From a plasmid: a DNA stretch of 64,000 bases. Positions within the stretch are counted from its first letter, which is position 1; each line of letters starts with the position of its first letter. The stretch lies in the sequence record CP071152.1. One strand, given 5' to 3'. Made by a program: the position numbers and the translations under genes. This document shows, piece after piece, positions 53,894-64,000 of the stretch. The notes beneath the pieces were generated by a model, which saw only the letters and a program-made list of their open reading frames with translations, searched no databases and was not told the DNA's origin.

Positions 53894-56855
53894 GGTTTTC
53901 CGGGCATCCGTAAGGGCCGAAACTTCCCGTCTTCCAGTCTGCGGCTCTGCCGCCAGACGTAATCGCCGGTTAGGTTGATGTGCTCCCAGCCCAGCGGCGA
54001 CAGGAATTGCAGCAGCTCGCCGTCCACCGGCTTGCCGGCCTCGACCAACCCCTGGGTGGCGCGTTCCAGGTACACCGTGTTCCACAGCACGATAGCCGCC
54101 GTCACCAGGTTGAGGCCGCTGGCCCGGTAGCGCTGCTGCTCGAAGCTCCGATCCTGATTTCCCCAAGGCGGTTGAAGAACACCGCCCTGGCCAGCGAGTT
54201 GCGCGCCTCACCTTTGTTCAGGCCGGCATGCACGCGGCGGCGCAGTTCAACACTTTGCAGCCAGTCCAGGATGAACAGCGTGCGCTCGATCCGGCCCAGC
54301 TCGCGCAGGGCCACGGCCAGTCCGTTCTGGCGCGGGTAGCTGCCGAGCTTGCGCAGCATCAGCGAGGCGGTGACGGTGCCCTGCTTGATCGAGCTGGCCA
54401 GGCGCAGGATGTCGTCCCAGTGGGCACGCACGTGCTTGATGTTCAGGGTGCCGCCGATCAGCGGGCGCAACGTCGGGTAGGCTTGCACGCCCTGCGGCAC
54501 GTACAGCTTGGTTTCGCCGAGGTCGCGGATGCGCGGCGCGAAGCGGAAGCCTAGCAGGTGCATCAGGGCAAAGACGTGATCGGTGAAGCCGGCCGTGTCG
54601 GTGTAGTGCTCCTCGATCCGCAGGTCGGACTCGTGGTACAGCAGGCCGTCGAGCACATAGGTGGAATCGCGGACGCCGACATTCACCACGCGGGTGCTGA
54701 ACGGCGCGTACTGGTCGGAGATATGGGTATAGAACAGCCGTCCCGGCTCGCTACCGTACTTCGGGTTGACGTGCCCGGTGCTCTCGCCCCGGCCACCCGC
54801 GCGGAAGCGCTGGCCATCGGAGGATGAGGTCGTGCCGTCGCCCCAGTGGGCGGCAAAGGCGTGGCGATACTGGTGGTTGACCAGCTCGGCCAAGGCCGCC
54901 GAATAGGTTTCGTCGCGGATGTGCCAGGCTTGCAGCCAGGACAGCTTGGCGTAGGTCAGGCCGGGGCTCGACTCGGCCATCTTGGTCAGCCCGAGGTTGA
55001 TCGCATCACCGAGGATTGCGGACAGCAGCAACGTCCTGTCTTTGGCCTCGGCCCCGTCCTTCAAGTGGGTGAAGTGGCGGCTGAAGCCCGTCCAGTCGTC
55101 CACGTCCATCAGCAGTTCGGTGATCTTGATGCGCGGCAGTAACTGGCTGGTTTGGTCGATCAGCGCCTGCGCCCGATCCGGCACCGCCGCATCCAGCGGG
55201 GTGATTTTCAGCCCTGACTCGGTGAGGATGGCATCGGGCAGCTCGTTGTCCTTGGCCAGGCGGGTGACGGTGGCCAACTGCTCGTCCAGCAGCTGCAAAC
55301 GCTCTTCCAGGTACTGGTCGCTGTTCGGGTTGATCGCCAGGGGCAGGGCCTGCTCGCGCTTGAGTGCGGCGAACTTCTCGGCCGGCAGCAGGTAGTCGTC
55401 GAAGTCGCGGAACTGCCGCGAGCCCTTGACCCAGATGTCGCCGGAGCGCAGGGCGTTCTTCAGCTCGGACAGGGCGCAGATTTCGTAGAAGCGCCGGTCG
55501 AGGCCTTCCGGGGTGATCACCAGTGGCTTCCAGCGCGGCTTGATGAAGGCGGTGGGAGCATCGGCCGGCACCTTGCGCAGGTTGTCGGCGTTCATCTCGC
55601 GCAGCGTCTGCACGGCTGCCAGCACGCCCTGCGCGGCCGGGGCGGCGCGCAGCTCCAATACCTCCAGCAGAGCCGGCGTGTAGCGGCGCAGGGTGGCGAA
55701 GTTCTCGCCGACTAGGTGCAGGTGGTCGAAGCCCTCCGGCCGGGCCAGCAGCTCGGCTTCGCTGACGCTCTCGGTGAACTCGTCCCAGGGAATCACCGCC
55801 TCGATGGCGGCATAGGGGTCGCTGCCGGCTTCCTTGGCCTCCAGCAGCGCCTGGCCGATCTTGGAGTACAGGCGCACCTTGTCGTTGATCGCCTTGCCCT
55901 GCTTCTGGAACTGCTGCTGATGCTTGTGCTTCGCGCCGCTGAACAGCTTGACTAGGATGCGGTCGTGCAGATCCACCAGCTCATCAATCACGGTTGCAGT
56001 GCTCTCCAGCACCACGGCGGCCAGGGTCGCATAGCGCCGCTGCGGCTCGAACTTGCCGAGGTCTTTGGGCGTCATCTGCCCACCCTCGCGGGCCAGCTTG
56101 AGCAGGCGGTTCTGGTGGATGTGCCGGCCCAGGACTTCGGGCAAGTCCACCAGCTGAAATGTCTTCAGCCGCTCGATGTGCTCAAGCATGTGCCGAGAGT
56201 TGGGTTTCAGCGGTGCCTGGCGCAGCCAGGTCAACCAGGTGATGCTGCTGCCGGCCTTGAGCTTCAACAGCTCGTCTAGCTTGGCCCGATGCGAGTCCGT
56301 GAGCGGTTCAACCAAGGCGCGGTAGACCCGCCGATTGGCCCGCGCAATGGCTTCCGAGCAGGCCCGGTCAATCACGCTCAGCGCCGGCAGGATGCGCCGC
56401 TTCTGCCGCAGGCTCTCCAGCGCCTGACCGGCCAGCAACAAGCTCTTGTCGGTCTGCTGGGCCAGTTCGGTCAACTCACGCACCAAGGCGCGGAAGTCGG
56501 ACAGGCCGAACGGGGCCAGTTGCAGGTAGGTGCGCAGCTCCAGGGCGTGCTCGCGACGGGTCACGTCGCGCTCGCCGTACTTTGCCCAGCTCGTCGGATC
56601 GGCCTGGATTTGCTTGGCCACCCACAGGATGACCGGCTCGGGCAGCTCGCTGTCAGTGCCCAGCGCGTAGCCGGGGTAGCGCAGCAGGCAGAGCTGCACG
56701 GCGAAGCCGAGGCGGTTGGCGTCGCCGCGCCGCTGACGGATCAGCGACAGGTCGGAGTCGTTGAAGGTGTAGTAGCGGATCAGGTCATCCTGGCTTTCTG
56801 GCAACGCGAGCAGGGTGCCCCGCTCCGTGGCCGAGAGGATCAAGCGACGCGGCAT
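53890..56855 (-). pseudogene. tnpA: Tn21/Tn501-family TnpA transposase with a frameshift near 54100-54200 (or a sequencing error)
   Basis: 917-aa ORF 54102..56855 plus the C-terminal 71-aa frame 53890..54105 (...[17 protein letters not shown]...). The combined length equals the ~988-aa TnpA. Confidence 0.8.
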
Positions 56856-56858
56856 GTG

Positions 56859-57419
56859 TCAGTCGTCCGTGCGGAGGTACTGGTAGAGGGTTTCCCGGCT
56901 GATGTTGAACTCGCGGGCAAGCTGCGCCTTGGGCTCGCCGGCCGTCGCTCGCTGCCGCAGGGTAGCAGCCTGCTCATCGGACAGGGCTTTCTTGCGGCCC
57001 CGGTACGCGCCACGCTGCTTGGCCAAGGTGATGCCCTCACGCTGCCGCTCGCGGATCAGGGCGCGCTCGAACTCAGCGAAGGCCCCCATCACCGACAGCA
57101 TCAGGTTGGCCATCGGCGAGTCCTCGCCAGTGAACACCAGGCCCTCCTTCAGGAACTCGATGCGCACGCCGCGTTGAGTCAGCTTCTGTACCAAGCGACG
57201 CAGGTCATCGAGGTTGCGGGCCAGCCGGTCCATGCTGTGCACCACCACTGTATCGCCTTCGCGGACGAAGCTCAGCAGCGCTTCGAGCTGGGGGCGCTGG
57301 GTGTCCTTGCCCGATGCCTTGTCGGTGAACACCTTGCTCACCTTTGTCTGTTCCAGCTGGCGTTCCGGGTTCTGGTCGAAGCTGCTGACCCGGACGTAGC
57401 CGATGCGGTGCCCCTGCAC
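56859..57419 (-). CDS. tnpR: Tn21/Tn501 resolvase TnpR (serine recombinase)
   Basis: MQGHRIGYVRVSSFDQNPERQ...; 186 aa. Confidence 0.9.
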   Translation of the reverse strand: MQGHRIGYVRVSSFDQNPERQLEQTKVSKVFTDKASGKDTQRPQLEALLSFVREGDTVVVHSMDRLARNLDDLRRLVQKLTQRGVRIEFLKEGLVFTGEDSPMANLMLSVMGAFAEFERALIRERQREGITLAKQRGAYRGRKKALSDEQAATLRQRATAGEPKAQLAREFNISRETLYQYLRTDD

Positions 57420-57594
57420 GATGTCTCCTTGGTTGAAGGCGGCTTAAGTGCTCCTTCTGTTCCGTTGTGCCTCAAACCCCGTTTCTGTCAGGCTGAAATC
57501 TATGACCTTCGCAGGCATGTGTCAAAAAATGCGAAAGATGACTCTATTCTGACGAAGCGGCGCGGCCCTGCCTGACATCCAGTTAGGGTATGCC
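57420..57594. promoter_or_regulatory. Expected res (resolution) site and tnpR promoter region
   Basis: Position between tnpR and urf2 as in Tn501/Tn21; individual res subsites were not aligned. Confidence 0.45.
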
Positions 57595-58584
57595 TCAGTC
57601 TGACAGTGATGAGTCGCAGGCGTTCGGATCGGCATCGGTTTCGCTCCCGGTCTTGGCGCGCGCCTGGAAGCGCTGATAGCACTCCAGCCCGCAGAAGTGC
57701 TCGACGTATTCCGCGCCTTCCGGGGTGAAGGCGGCATCGAGCGGGATTTCCTTGCAGCACACGCAGCAACTGGTGGCAGTCGGATCATTTGCATTCATGG
57801 TGGCACCCCTCCATTGACTGACGAAGACGGCGAATGCCGCCGCCGGCATCGGCTTGGCGAACAGGAAGCCTTGTCCTGTGTCGCAGTCCGCTTGTCGCAA
57901 CAAATCAAGACTCGCCGATGTTTCCACGCCTTCGGCCACTACTTCCATGCCAAGCCCATGCGCAAGCTGAATCACGGTGCGCACGATGGTCTGGTCGCGG
58001 TGGTCGTTGGCGAGTCCGGCGACAAACGATTGGTCGATCTTGAGCGTGCTGATGGGGCAGCATTTCAGGTGTTGCAGGCAGGAATAGCCGGTGCCGAAGT
58101 CGTCGGCGGCGAAGCGCACACCGATCTGTCGCAAAGCTTCCAGGGCGGGGAAGATCGCCGGATCACCGAACGCAACCGATTCGGTCAGCTCAATTTCAAG
58201 ATACGCGGCGGGCAACCCGGCATCGGCCAGCACGCCCTTTACCCACTTGTCGAAATCTGGCCCCACTTGGCTCGCCGCAACATTGACGGCCAGCCGGAAC
58301 GGTTGCCATGCCAGCACCCGCCAGTCGCGCATTTGACGGCAGGCTGCGCCCAGCACCCATGCGCCGATTTCCGGCATCAGGCCGGACGATTCGATCACGG
58401 GCAGGAACTGGCCCGGCGGCAACAGTCCGAGCGTCGGATGACGCCAGCGCAACAGGGCTTCCGCGCCGACAATCTGCTCACTGCGCAAATCGACAATCGG
58501 CTGGTAGTGCAGCTCAAGCTGCCCGCGCTCGACCGCCTGCGCCAGTTGCGCCACTGTCCATTCAATTGGCTGGGAAGCGCTCAT
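57595..58584 (-). CDS. urf2: urf2 (EAL-domain protein of the Tn21/Tn501 mer module)
   Basis: EAL-domain motifs (QPIVDL...EALLRW); start at MSASQPIEW; 4-bp overlap with merE. Confidence 0.7.
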   Translation of the reverse strand: MSASQPIEWTVAQLAQAVERGQLELHYQPIVDLRSEQIVGAEALLRWRHPTLGLLPPGQFLPVIESSGLMPEIGAWVLGAACRQMRDWRVLAWQPFRLAVNVAASQVGPDFDKWVKGVLADAGLPAAYLEIELTESVAFGDPAIFPALEALRQIGVRFAADDFGTGYSCLQHLKCCPISTLKIDQSFVAGLANDHRDQTIVRTVIQLAHGLGMEVVAEGVETSASLDLLRQADCDTGQGFLFAKPMPAAAFAVFVSQWRGATMNANDPTATSCCVCCKEIPLDAAFTPEGAEYVEHFCGLECYQRFQARAKTGSETDADPNACDSSLSD

Positions 58585-58817
58585 GATCGACCTCTGAAGG
58601 CCCGCAGCAGCCGCGTCACAGACAGGACAAACAAGCCGGTCAGCGTGAGGGCTGCAATACCCCAGTGCTCGCCGATGAACGCGCCGGCCGTCGTGCCGGC
58701 CAGCACAATGGCGAGAATCGGCAAATGACAGGGACAGGTGAGCACCGCCAGCGCACCCCACAGGTAGCCGGTGAACGGCTTGTGTGTCTCGGTCGGCAAG
58801 CGCTCGGGGCTGTTCAT
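58581..58817 (-). CDS. merE: MerE mercury transporter
   Basis: 78 aa; [39 protein letters not shown]. Confidence 0.85.
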   Translation of the reverse strand: MNSPERLPTETHKPFTGYLWGALAVLTCPCHLPILAIVLAGTTAGAFIGEHWGIAALTLTGLFVLSVTRLLRAFRGRS

Positions 58818-59179
58818 GGCAGACTCTCCGCTTGCTGGGCCGGCGCGGTCGGCATCGCGGCCAACTGCACTTCCAGATCGGCCAACGCTTCGCGTCGGCG
58901 TTCGACGAACTGACTCAGCACGGCAAGCTGTGCGGCTGTTTCATCGCAGTCCGCCGCATCCAGCGCCCGGCACAACCGCGCCAATGCGTCCAGGCCGATG
59001 CCCGCCTCAAAAGCGGCCCGCACAAAGCACAGCCGCTGCAAGGCGGCGTCATCGAACAAGCCGTAGCCGCCCGTGGTGCAGGCGACTGGCCGCAGCAATC
59101 CGCGCAGCAGGTAGTCGCGCACGATATGCACGCTCACCCCGGCCTCAAGGGCCAGTCGGGACACTGTGTAGGCGTTCAT
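58814..59179 (-). CDS. merD: MerD co-regulator
   Basis: 121 aa; [29 protein letters not shown]. Confidence 0.85.
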   Translation of the reverse strand: MNAYTVSRLALEAGVSVHIVRDYLLRGLLRPVACTTGGYGLFDDAALQRLCFVRAAFEAGIGLDALARLCRALDAADCDETAAQLAVLSQFVERRREALADLEVQLAAMPTAPAQQAESLP

Positions 59180-59196
59180 CGAACACCTCCTTTTCC

Positions 59197-60945
<1,749 letters not shown>

Positions 60946-60953
60946 TCAGTGCC

Positions 60954-61229
60954 TCACTTCTTGACGCTGGACGGATAGCCTGCGTCTTCGGTGGCCTTGG
61001 TCAGCTTCTGCACGCTGGTCTTGGCATCATCGAAGGTGACAACCGCTTCGCGTGTCTCGAAGGTCACGTTAACTTTGCTGACGCCTTCGACCTTGGAAAT
61101 CGCCTTCTTGACGGTGATCGGACAAGCGGAGCAGGTCATGCCCGGTACGGACAGCGTGACGGTCTGGGTGGCGGCCCACACGGGGGCAACAACGGCAGCG
61201 ATGGCGAGAGAGGCAAACAGTTTTTTCAT
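60954..61229 (-). CDS. merP: Periplasmic mercury-binding protein MerP
   Basis: 91 aa; signal peptide plus GMTCSAC. Confidence 0.9.
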   Translation of the reverse strand: MKKLFASLAIAAVVAPVWAATQTVTLSVPGMTCSACPITVKKAISKVEGVSKVNVTFETREAVVTFDDAKTSVQKLTKATEDAGYPSSVKK

Positions 61230-61244
61230 GATGAACTCCTGTGA

Positions 61245-61595
61245 TTAATAGAAAAATGGCATGACGTAGGGAAATCCGAGCGCGACCAGAACCAGCGCGG
61301 CCACGACCCAGAAAATGAGCTTGTAAGTAGCGCGCACTTGGGGAATCGCACACACATCCCCTGGTTTGCAGGCTTGCGCCGGTCGGTAGATGCGCCGCCA
61401 GGCGAAAAACAGCGCCACCAACGCCGCGCCGATGAAGATCGGGCGATAAGGTTCCAACACCGTCAAGTTGCCGATCCAAGCGCCGCTGAACCCCAGGGCG
61501 ATCAGAACCAGCGGCCCCAGGCAGCAAGCCGAGGCGAGGATGGCGGCTAGCCCGCCAGTGAAGAGCGCCCCGCGCCCGTTTTGAGGTTCAGACAT
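61245..61595 (-). CDS. merT: Mercury transporter MerT
   Basis: 116 aa; TM protein with a CC pair (ASACCLGPL). Confidence 0.9.
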   Translation of the reverse strand: MSEPQNGRGALFTGGLAAILASACCLGPLVLIALGFSGAWIGNLTVLEPYRPIFIGAALVALFFAWRRIYRPAQACKPGDVCAIPQVRATYKLIFWVVAALVLVALGFPYVMPFFY

Positions 61596-61624
61596 ACGCT
61601 TGTCCTTTCAAATCTGGATTGGAT

Positions 61625-61662
61625 AGCTTAAGCTTACTTCCGTACCAATGTACGGAGTCAAG
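61625..61662. promoter_or_regulatory. mer operator/promoter: MerR dyad TCCGTAC-CAAT-GTACGGA (61639-61656) between the PmerT -35 TTGACT and -10 TAAGCT (minus strand)
   Basis: Palindrome and hexamers read directly from the sequence; matches the canonical Tn501 merOP architecture with a long spacer. Confidence 0.8.
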
Positions 61663-61665
61663 CGA

Positions 61666-62101
61666 TATGGAAAAAAATTTGGAGAATCTGACTATTGGCG
61701 TTTTCGCCAAGGCGGCCGGGGTCAACGTGGAAACAATCCGGTTCTATCAGCGCAAGGGCTTGTTGCCGGAGCCGGACAAGCCCTATGGCAGCATCCGCCG
61801 CTATGGCGAGGCGGATGTGACGCGGGTGCGCTTCGTGAAATCAGCCCAGCGGCTCGGATTCAGCCTCGACGAGATCGCAGAGCTGCTGAGGCTGGATGAC
61901 GGCACCCACTGCGAGGAAGCCAGCAGCCTGGCCGAGCACAAGCTTCAGGACGTGCGCGAAAAAATGACCGACCTGGCGCGCATGGAAACCGTGCTATCCG
62001 AACTTGTGTTCGCCTGCCATGCGCGGCAAGGGAACGTTTCTTGCCCGCTGATTGCTTCGCTGCAAGGGGAGAAAGAGCCGCGTGGTGCCGACGCGGTGTA
62101 G
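61666..62101 (+). CDS. merR: MerR Hg(II)-responsive transcriptional regulator
   Basis: [33 protein letters not shown]...; metal-binding Cys residues; divergent from merT. Confidence 0.9.
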
Positions 62102-62280
62102 CCGAGGGTAGTTACGCCTTAGCGTGCTTTATTTTCCGTTTTCTGAGACGACCCCTATTTGTCCACCCTGTGGATGAATAGCTTTTTTTTTGGGAGGACA
62201 CTGTGATGCTAGCTTTTGTTTTCACCTAAATCCTGTTTGCTGCATAAAAAATTTCAAGAGCTAAACAGGAGTAAATAAAA

Positions 62281-63756
62281 ATGAGTTTAATTATTAAAGC
62301 GAGAAACATACGCTTGGATTATGCTGGGCGTGATGTTTTGGATATTGATGAATTGGAAATTCACTCTTATGACCGTATTGGTCTTGTGGGTGATAACGGA
62401 GCAGGAAAGAGTAGTTTACTCAAAGTACTTAATGGCGAAATTGTTTTAGCCGAAGCGACATTACAGCGTTTTGGTGATTTTGCACATATCAGCCAACTGG
62501 GCGGAATCGAAATAGAAACGGTCGAAGACCGGGCAATGTTATCTCGCCTTGGTGTTTCCAATGTACAAAACGACACAATGAGTGGCGGAGAGGAAACTCG
62601 TGCAAAAATTGCTGCCGCATTTTCCCAACAAGTACATGGCATTCTAGCGGATGAACCAACCAGCCACCTTGATCTCAATGGAATAGATCTACTTATTGGT
62701 CAACTTAAAGCATTTGATGGAGCATTACTTGTTATCAGTCATGACCGATATTTTCTTGATATGGTTGTAGACAAGATATGGGAGTTAAAAGACGGTAAAA
62801 TTACGGAATATTGGGGTGGTTACTCGGATTACTTGCGTCAAAAAGAAGAAGAGCGACAACACCAAGCCGTAGAATATGAGCTGATGATGAAGGAACGGGA
62901 GCGATTAGAATCTGCTGTGCAAGAAAAACGCCAGCAAGCTAATCGATTAGACAATAAGAAAAAAGGAGAAAAATCCAAAAACTCTACCGAAAGTGCTGGA
63001 CGACTTGGGCATGCAAAAATGACTGGCACCAAGCAAAGAAAACTGTATCAGGCAGCTAAGAGTATGGAAAAGCGTTTGGCTGCATTAGAAGATATTCAAG
63101 CACCAGAGCATTTGCGTTCTATTCGTTTTCGTCAAAGTTCAGCCCTAGAACTGCACAATAAGTTCCCGATTACGGCAGATGGTCTGAGCTTAAAATTTGG
63201 TAGCCGTACTATCTTTGATGACGCTAACTTTATAATACCGCTTGGCGCTAAAGTCGCTATAACTGGATCGAATGGAACAGGGAAAACGTCCTTGTTAAAA
63301 ATGATATCAGAACGTGCTGATGGATTAACCATATCTCCAAAAGCTGAAATTGGCTACTTTACACAAACAGGATATAAATTTAACACGCATAAATCTGTGC
63401 TCTCCTTTATGCAGGAAGAGTGCGAGTACACAGTTGCGGAAATTCGTGCAGTATTGGCTTCAATGGGGATCGGAGCGAATGATATTCAAAAAAACTTATC
63501 CGACTTATCGGGAGGTGAAATCATCAAACTGCTTTTATCCAAAATGCTTTTAGGAAAATATAATATTTTGCTTATGGATGAACCAGGAAACTATCTTGAC
63601 CTAAAAAGTATTGCCGCATTAGAAACAATGATGAAGTCCTATGCAGGAACTATTATCTTCGTATCTCATGACAAGCAATTGGTCGATAATATTGCTGACA
63701 TTATCTACGAGATCAAAGACCACAAAATCATCAAGACTTTTGAGAGAGATTGTTAA
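62281..63756 (+). CDS. msr(E): ABC-F ribosomal-protection protein Msr(E) (macrolide resistance)
   Basis: 491 aa; two ABC ATPase domains ([23 protein letters not shown] signatures); low-GC context; recognised as the msr(E) sequence. Confidence 0.85.
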   Translation: MSLIIKARNIRLDYAGRDVLDIDELEIHSYDRIGLVGDNGAGKSSLLKVLNGEIVLAEATLQRFGDFAHISQLGGIEIETVEDRAMLSRLGVSNVQNDTMSGGEETRAKIAAAFSQQVHGILADEPTSHLDLNGIDLLIGQLKAFDGALLVISHDRYFLDMVVDKIWELKDGKITEYWGGYSDYLRQKEEERQHQAVEYELMMKERERLESAVQEKRQQANRLDNKKKGEKSKNSTESAGRLGHAKMTGTKQRKLYQAAKSMEKRLAALEDIQAPEHLRSIRFRQSSALELHNKFPITADGLSLKFGSRTIFDDANFIIPLGAKVAITGSNGTGKTSLLKMISERADGLTISPKAEIGYFTQTGYKFNTHKSVLSFMQEECEYTVAEIRAVLASMGIGANDIQKNLSDLSGGEIIKLLLSKMLLGKYNILLMDEPGNYLDLKSIAALETMMKSYAGTIIFVSHDKQLVDNIADIIYEIKDHKIIKTFERDC

Positions 63757-63811
63757 TGATAGCCAATCTAATCCGAACATTAATTATTGAACTCTTTAAA
63801 GGAAATTAAAA

Positions 63812-64000
63812 ATGACAATTCAAGATATTCAATCACTTGCTGAAGCACACGGCTTGTTGCTTACGGACAAAATGAATTTCAATGAAATGGGCATTGATTT
63901 TAAGGTCGTTTTTGCTCTTGATACAAAGGGGCAACAATGGTTGCTGCGTATTCCTCGTCGTGATGGCATGAGGGAACAAATCAAGAAAGAAAAACGCATT
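63812..64000 (+). CDS. mph(E): Macrolide 2'-phosphotransferase Mph(E), N-terminal part truncated by the window end
   Basis: MTIQDIQSLAEAHGLLLTDKMNFNEMGIDFKVVFALDTKGQQWLLRIPRRDGMREQIKKEKRI; canonical partner located downstream of msr(E). Confidence 0.8.
   Translation, partial: MTIQDIQSLAEAHGLLLTDKMNFNEMGIDFKVVFALDTKGQQWLLRIPRRDGMREQIKKEKRI

Noticed and set aside
57595-58761. Full 388-aa ORF for urf2, including 59 extra N-terminal residues
   Set aside because: The extension overlaps merE in another frame and is Arg/Cys-rich. The internal Met giving a 4-bp overlap with merE matches the Tn501 organisation.

Overview
The window is a mosaic mobile-DNA region, about 60% GC up to ~62.1 kb and then ~37% GC. 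Because several modules read as assembled by separate insertions, the window is most consistent with a plasmid or genomic-island multi-resistance/cargo region of a gamma-proteobacterium; the GC level is compatible with Aeromonas or Pseudomonas, but host is not determinable from sequence alone.

- **1-4.5 kb, element edge:** a KfrA-like coiled-coil DNA-binding gene, a MazE/MazF (PemI/PemK)-type toxin-antitoxin pair, and a low-GC orphan gene.
- **4.5-24.3 kb, conjugation module:** a type IV secretion gene cluster of the ICEclc/PAPI-1/pKLC102 ('PFL_47xx') integrative-conjugative-element class. It includes a VirB4/TraC-like ATPase, a TraD/VirD4 coupling protein, a DEAD-like helicase, a lytic transglycosylase, a DsbC-like thioredoxin-fold protein, a pilin-like small protein, lipoproteins and several XRE-type HTH proteins. 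Short ATCCTAT boxes sit in its promoter regions.
- **24.3-38.2 kb, the most unusual cargo:** a co-directional operon of four tandem ~800-aa secreted paralogues followed by a 1401-aa secreted Ig/PKD-like multidomain protein. The four paralogues share a conserved N-terminal ~150 aa and C-terminal ~230 aa, have two alternating core types (A-B-A-B), and carry identical ~95-nt tracts indicating gene conversion. This looks like an undescribed variable surface-protein/adhesin cassette. Just downstream are a frameshifted FimB/FimE-sized tyrosine recombinase and a 3x ~20-bp tandem repeat.
- **40.2-43.6 kb:** a phage-like operon of small genes (XRE HTH, DUF551-like, DnaQ-like 3'-5' exonuclease, and a 333-aa unknown).
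- **44.2-46.6 kb:** an orphan divergent dndB-like (DGQKR) / dndC-like (PAPS-reductase PP-loop) pair.
- **46.6-51.1 kb:** an IS200/IS605-family composite. It contains a frameshifted tnpB, a tnpA, and an intact tnpB, with four related hairpin ends as inverted repeats bracketing a 498-aa unknown passenger ORF.
- **53.86-62.16 kb:** a Tn501-like mercury-resistance transposon between 38-bp inverted repeats. Gene order is merR-merTPADE-urf2-res-tnpR-tnpA, and tnpA is frameshifted.
- **62.3-64.0 kb:** a low-GC msr(E)-mph(E) macrolide-resistance module, with mph(E) truncated by the window end.

No rRNA, tRNA or CRISPR array was recognised.
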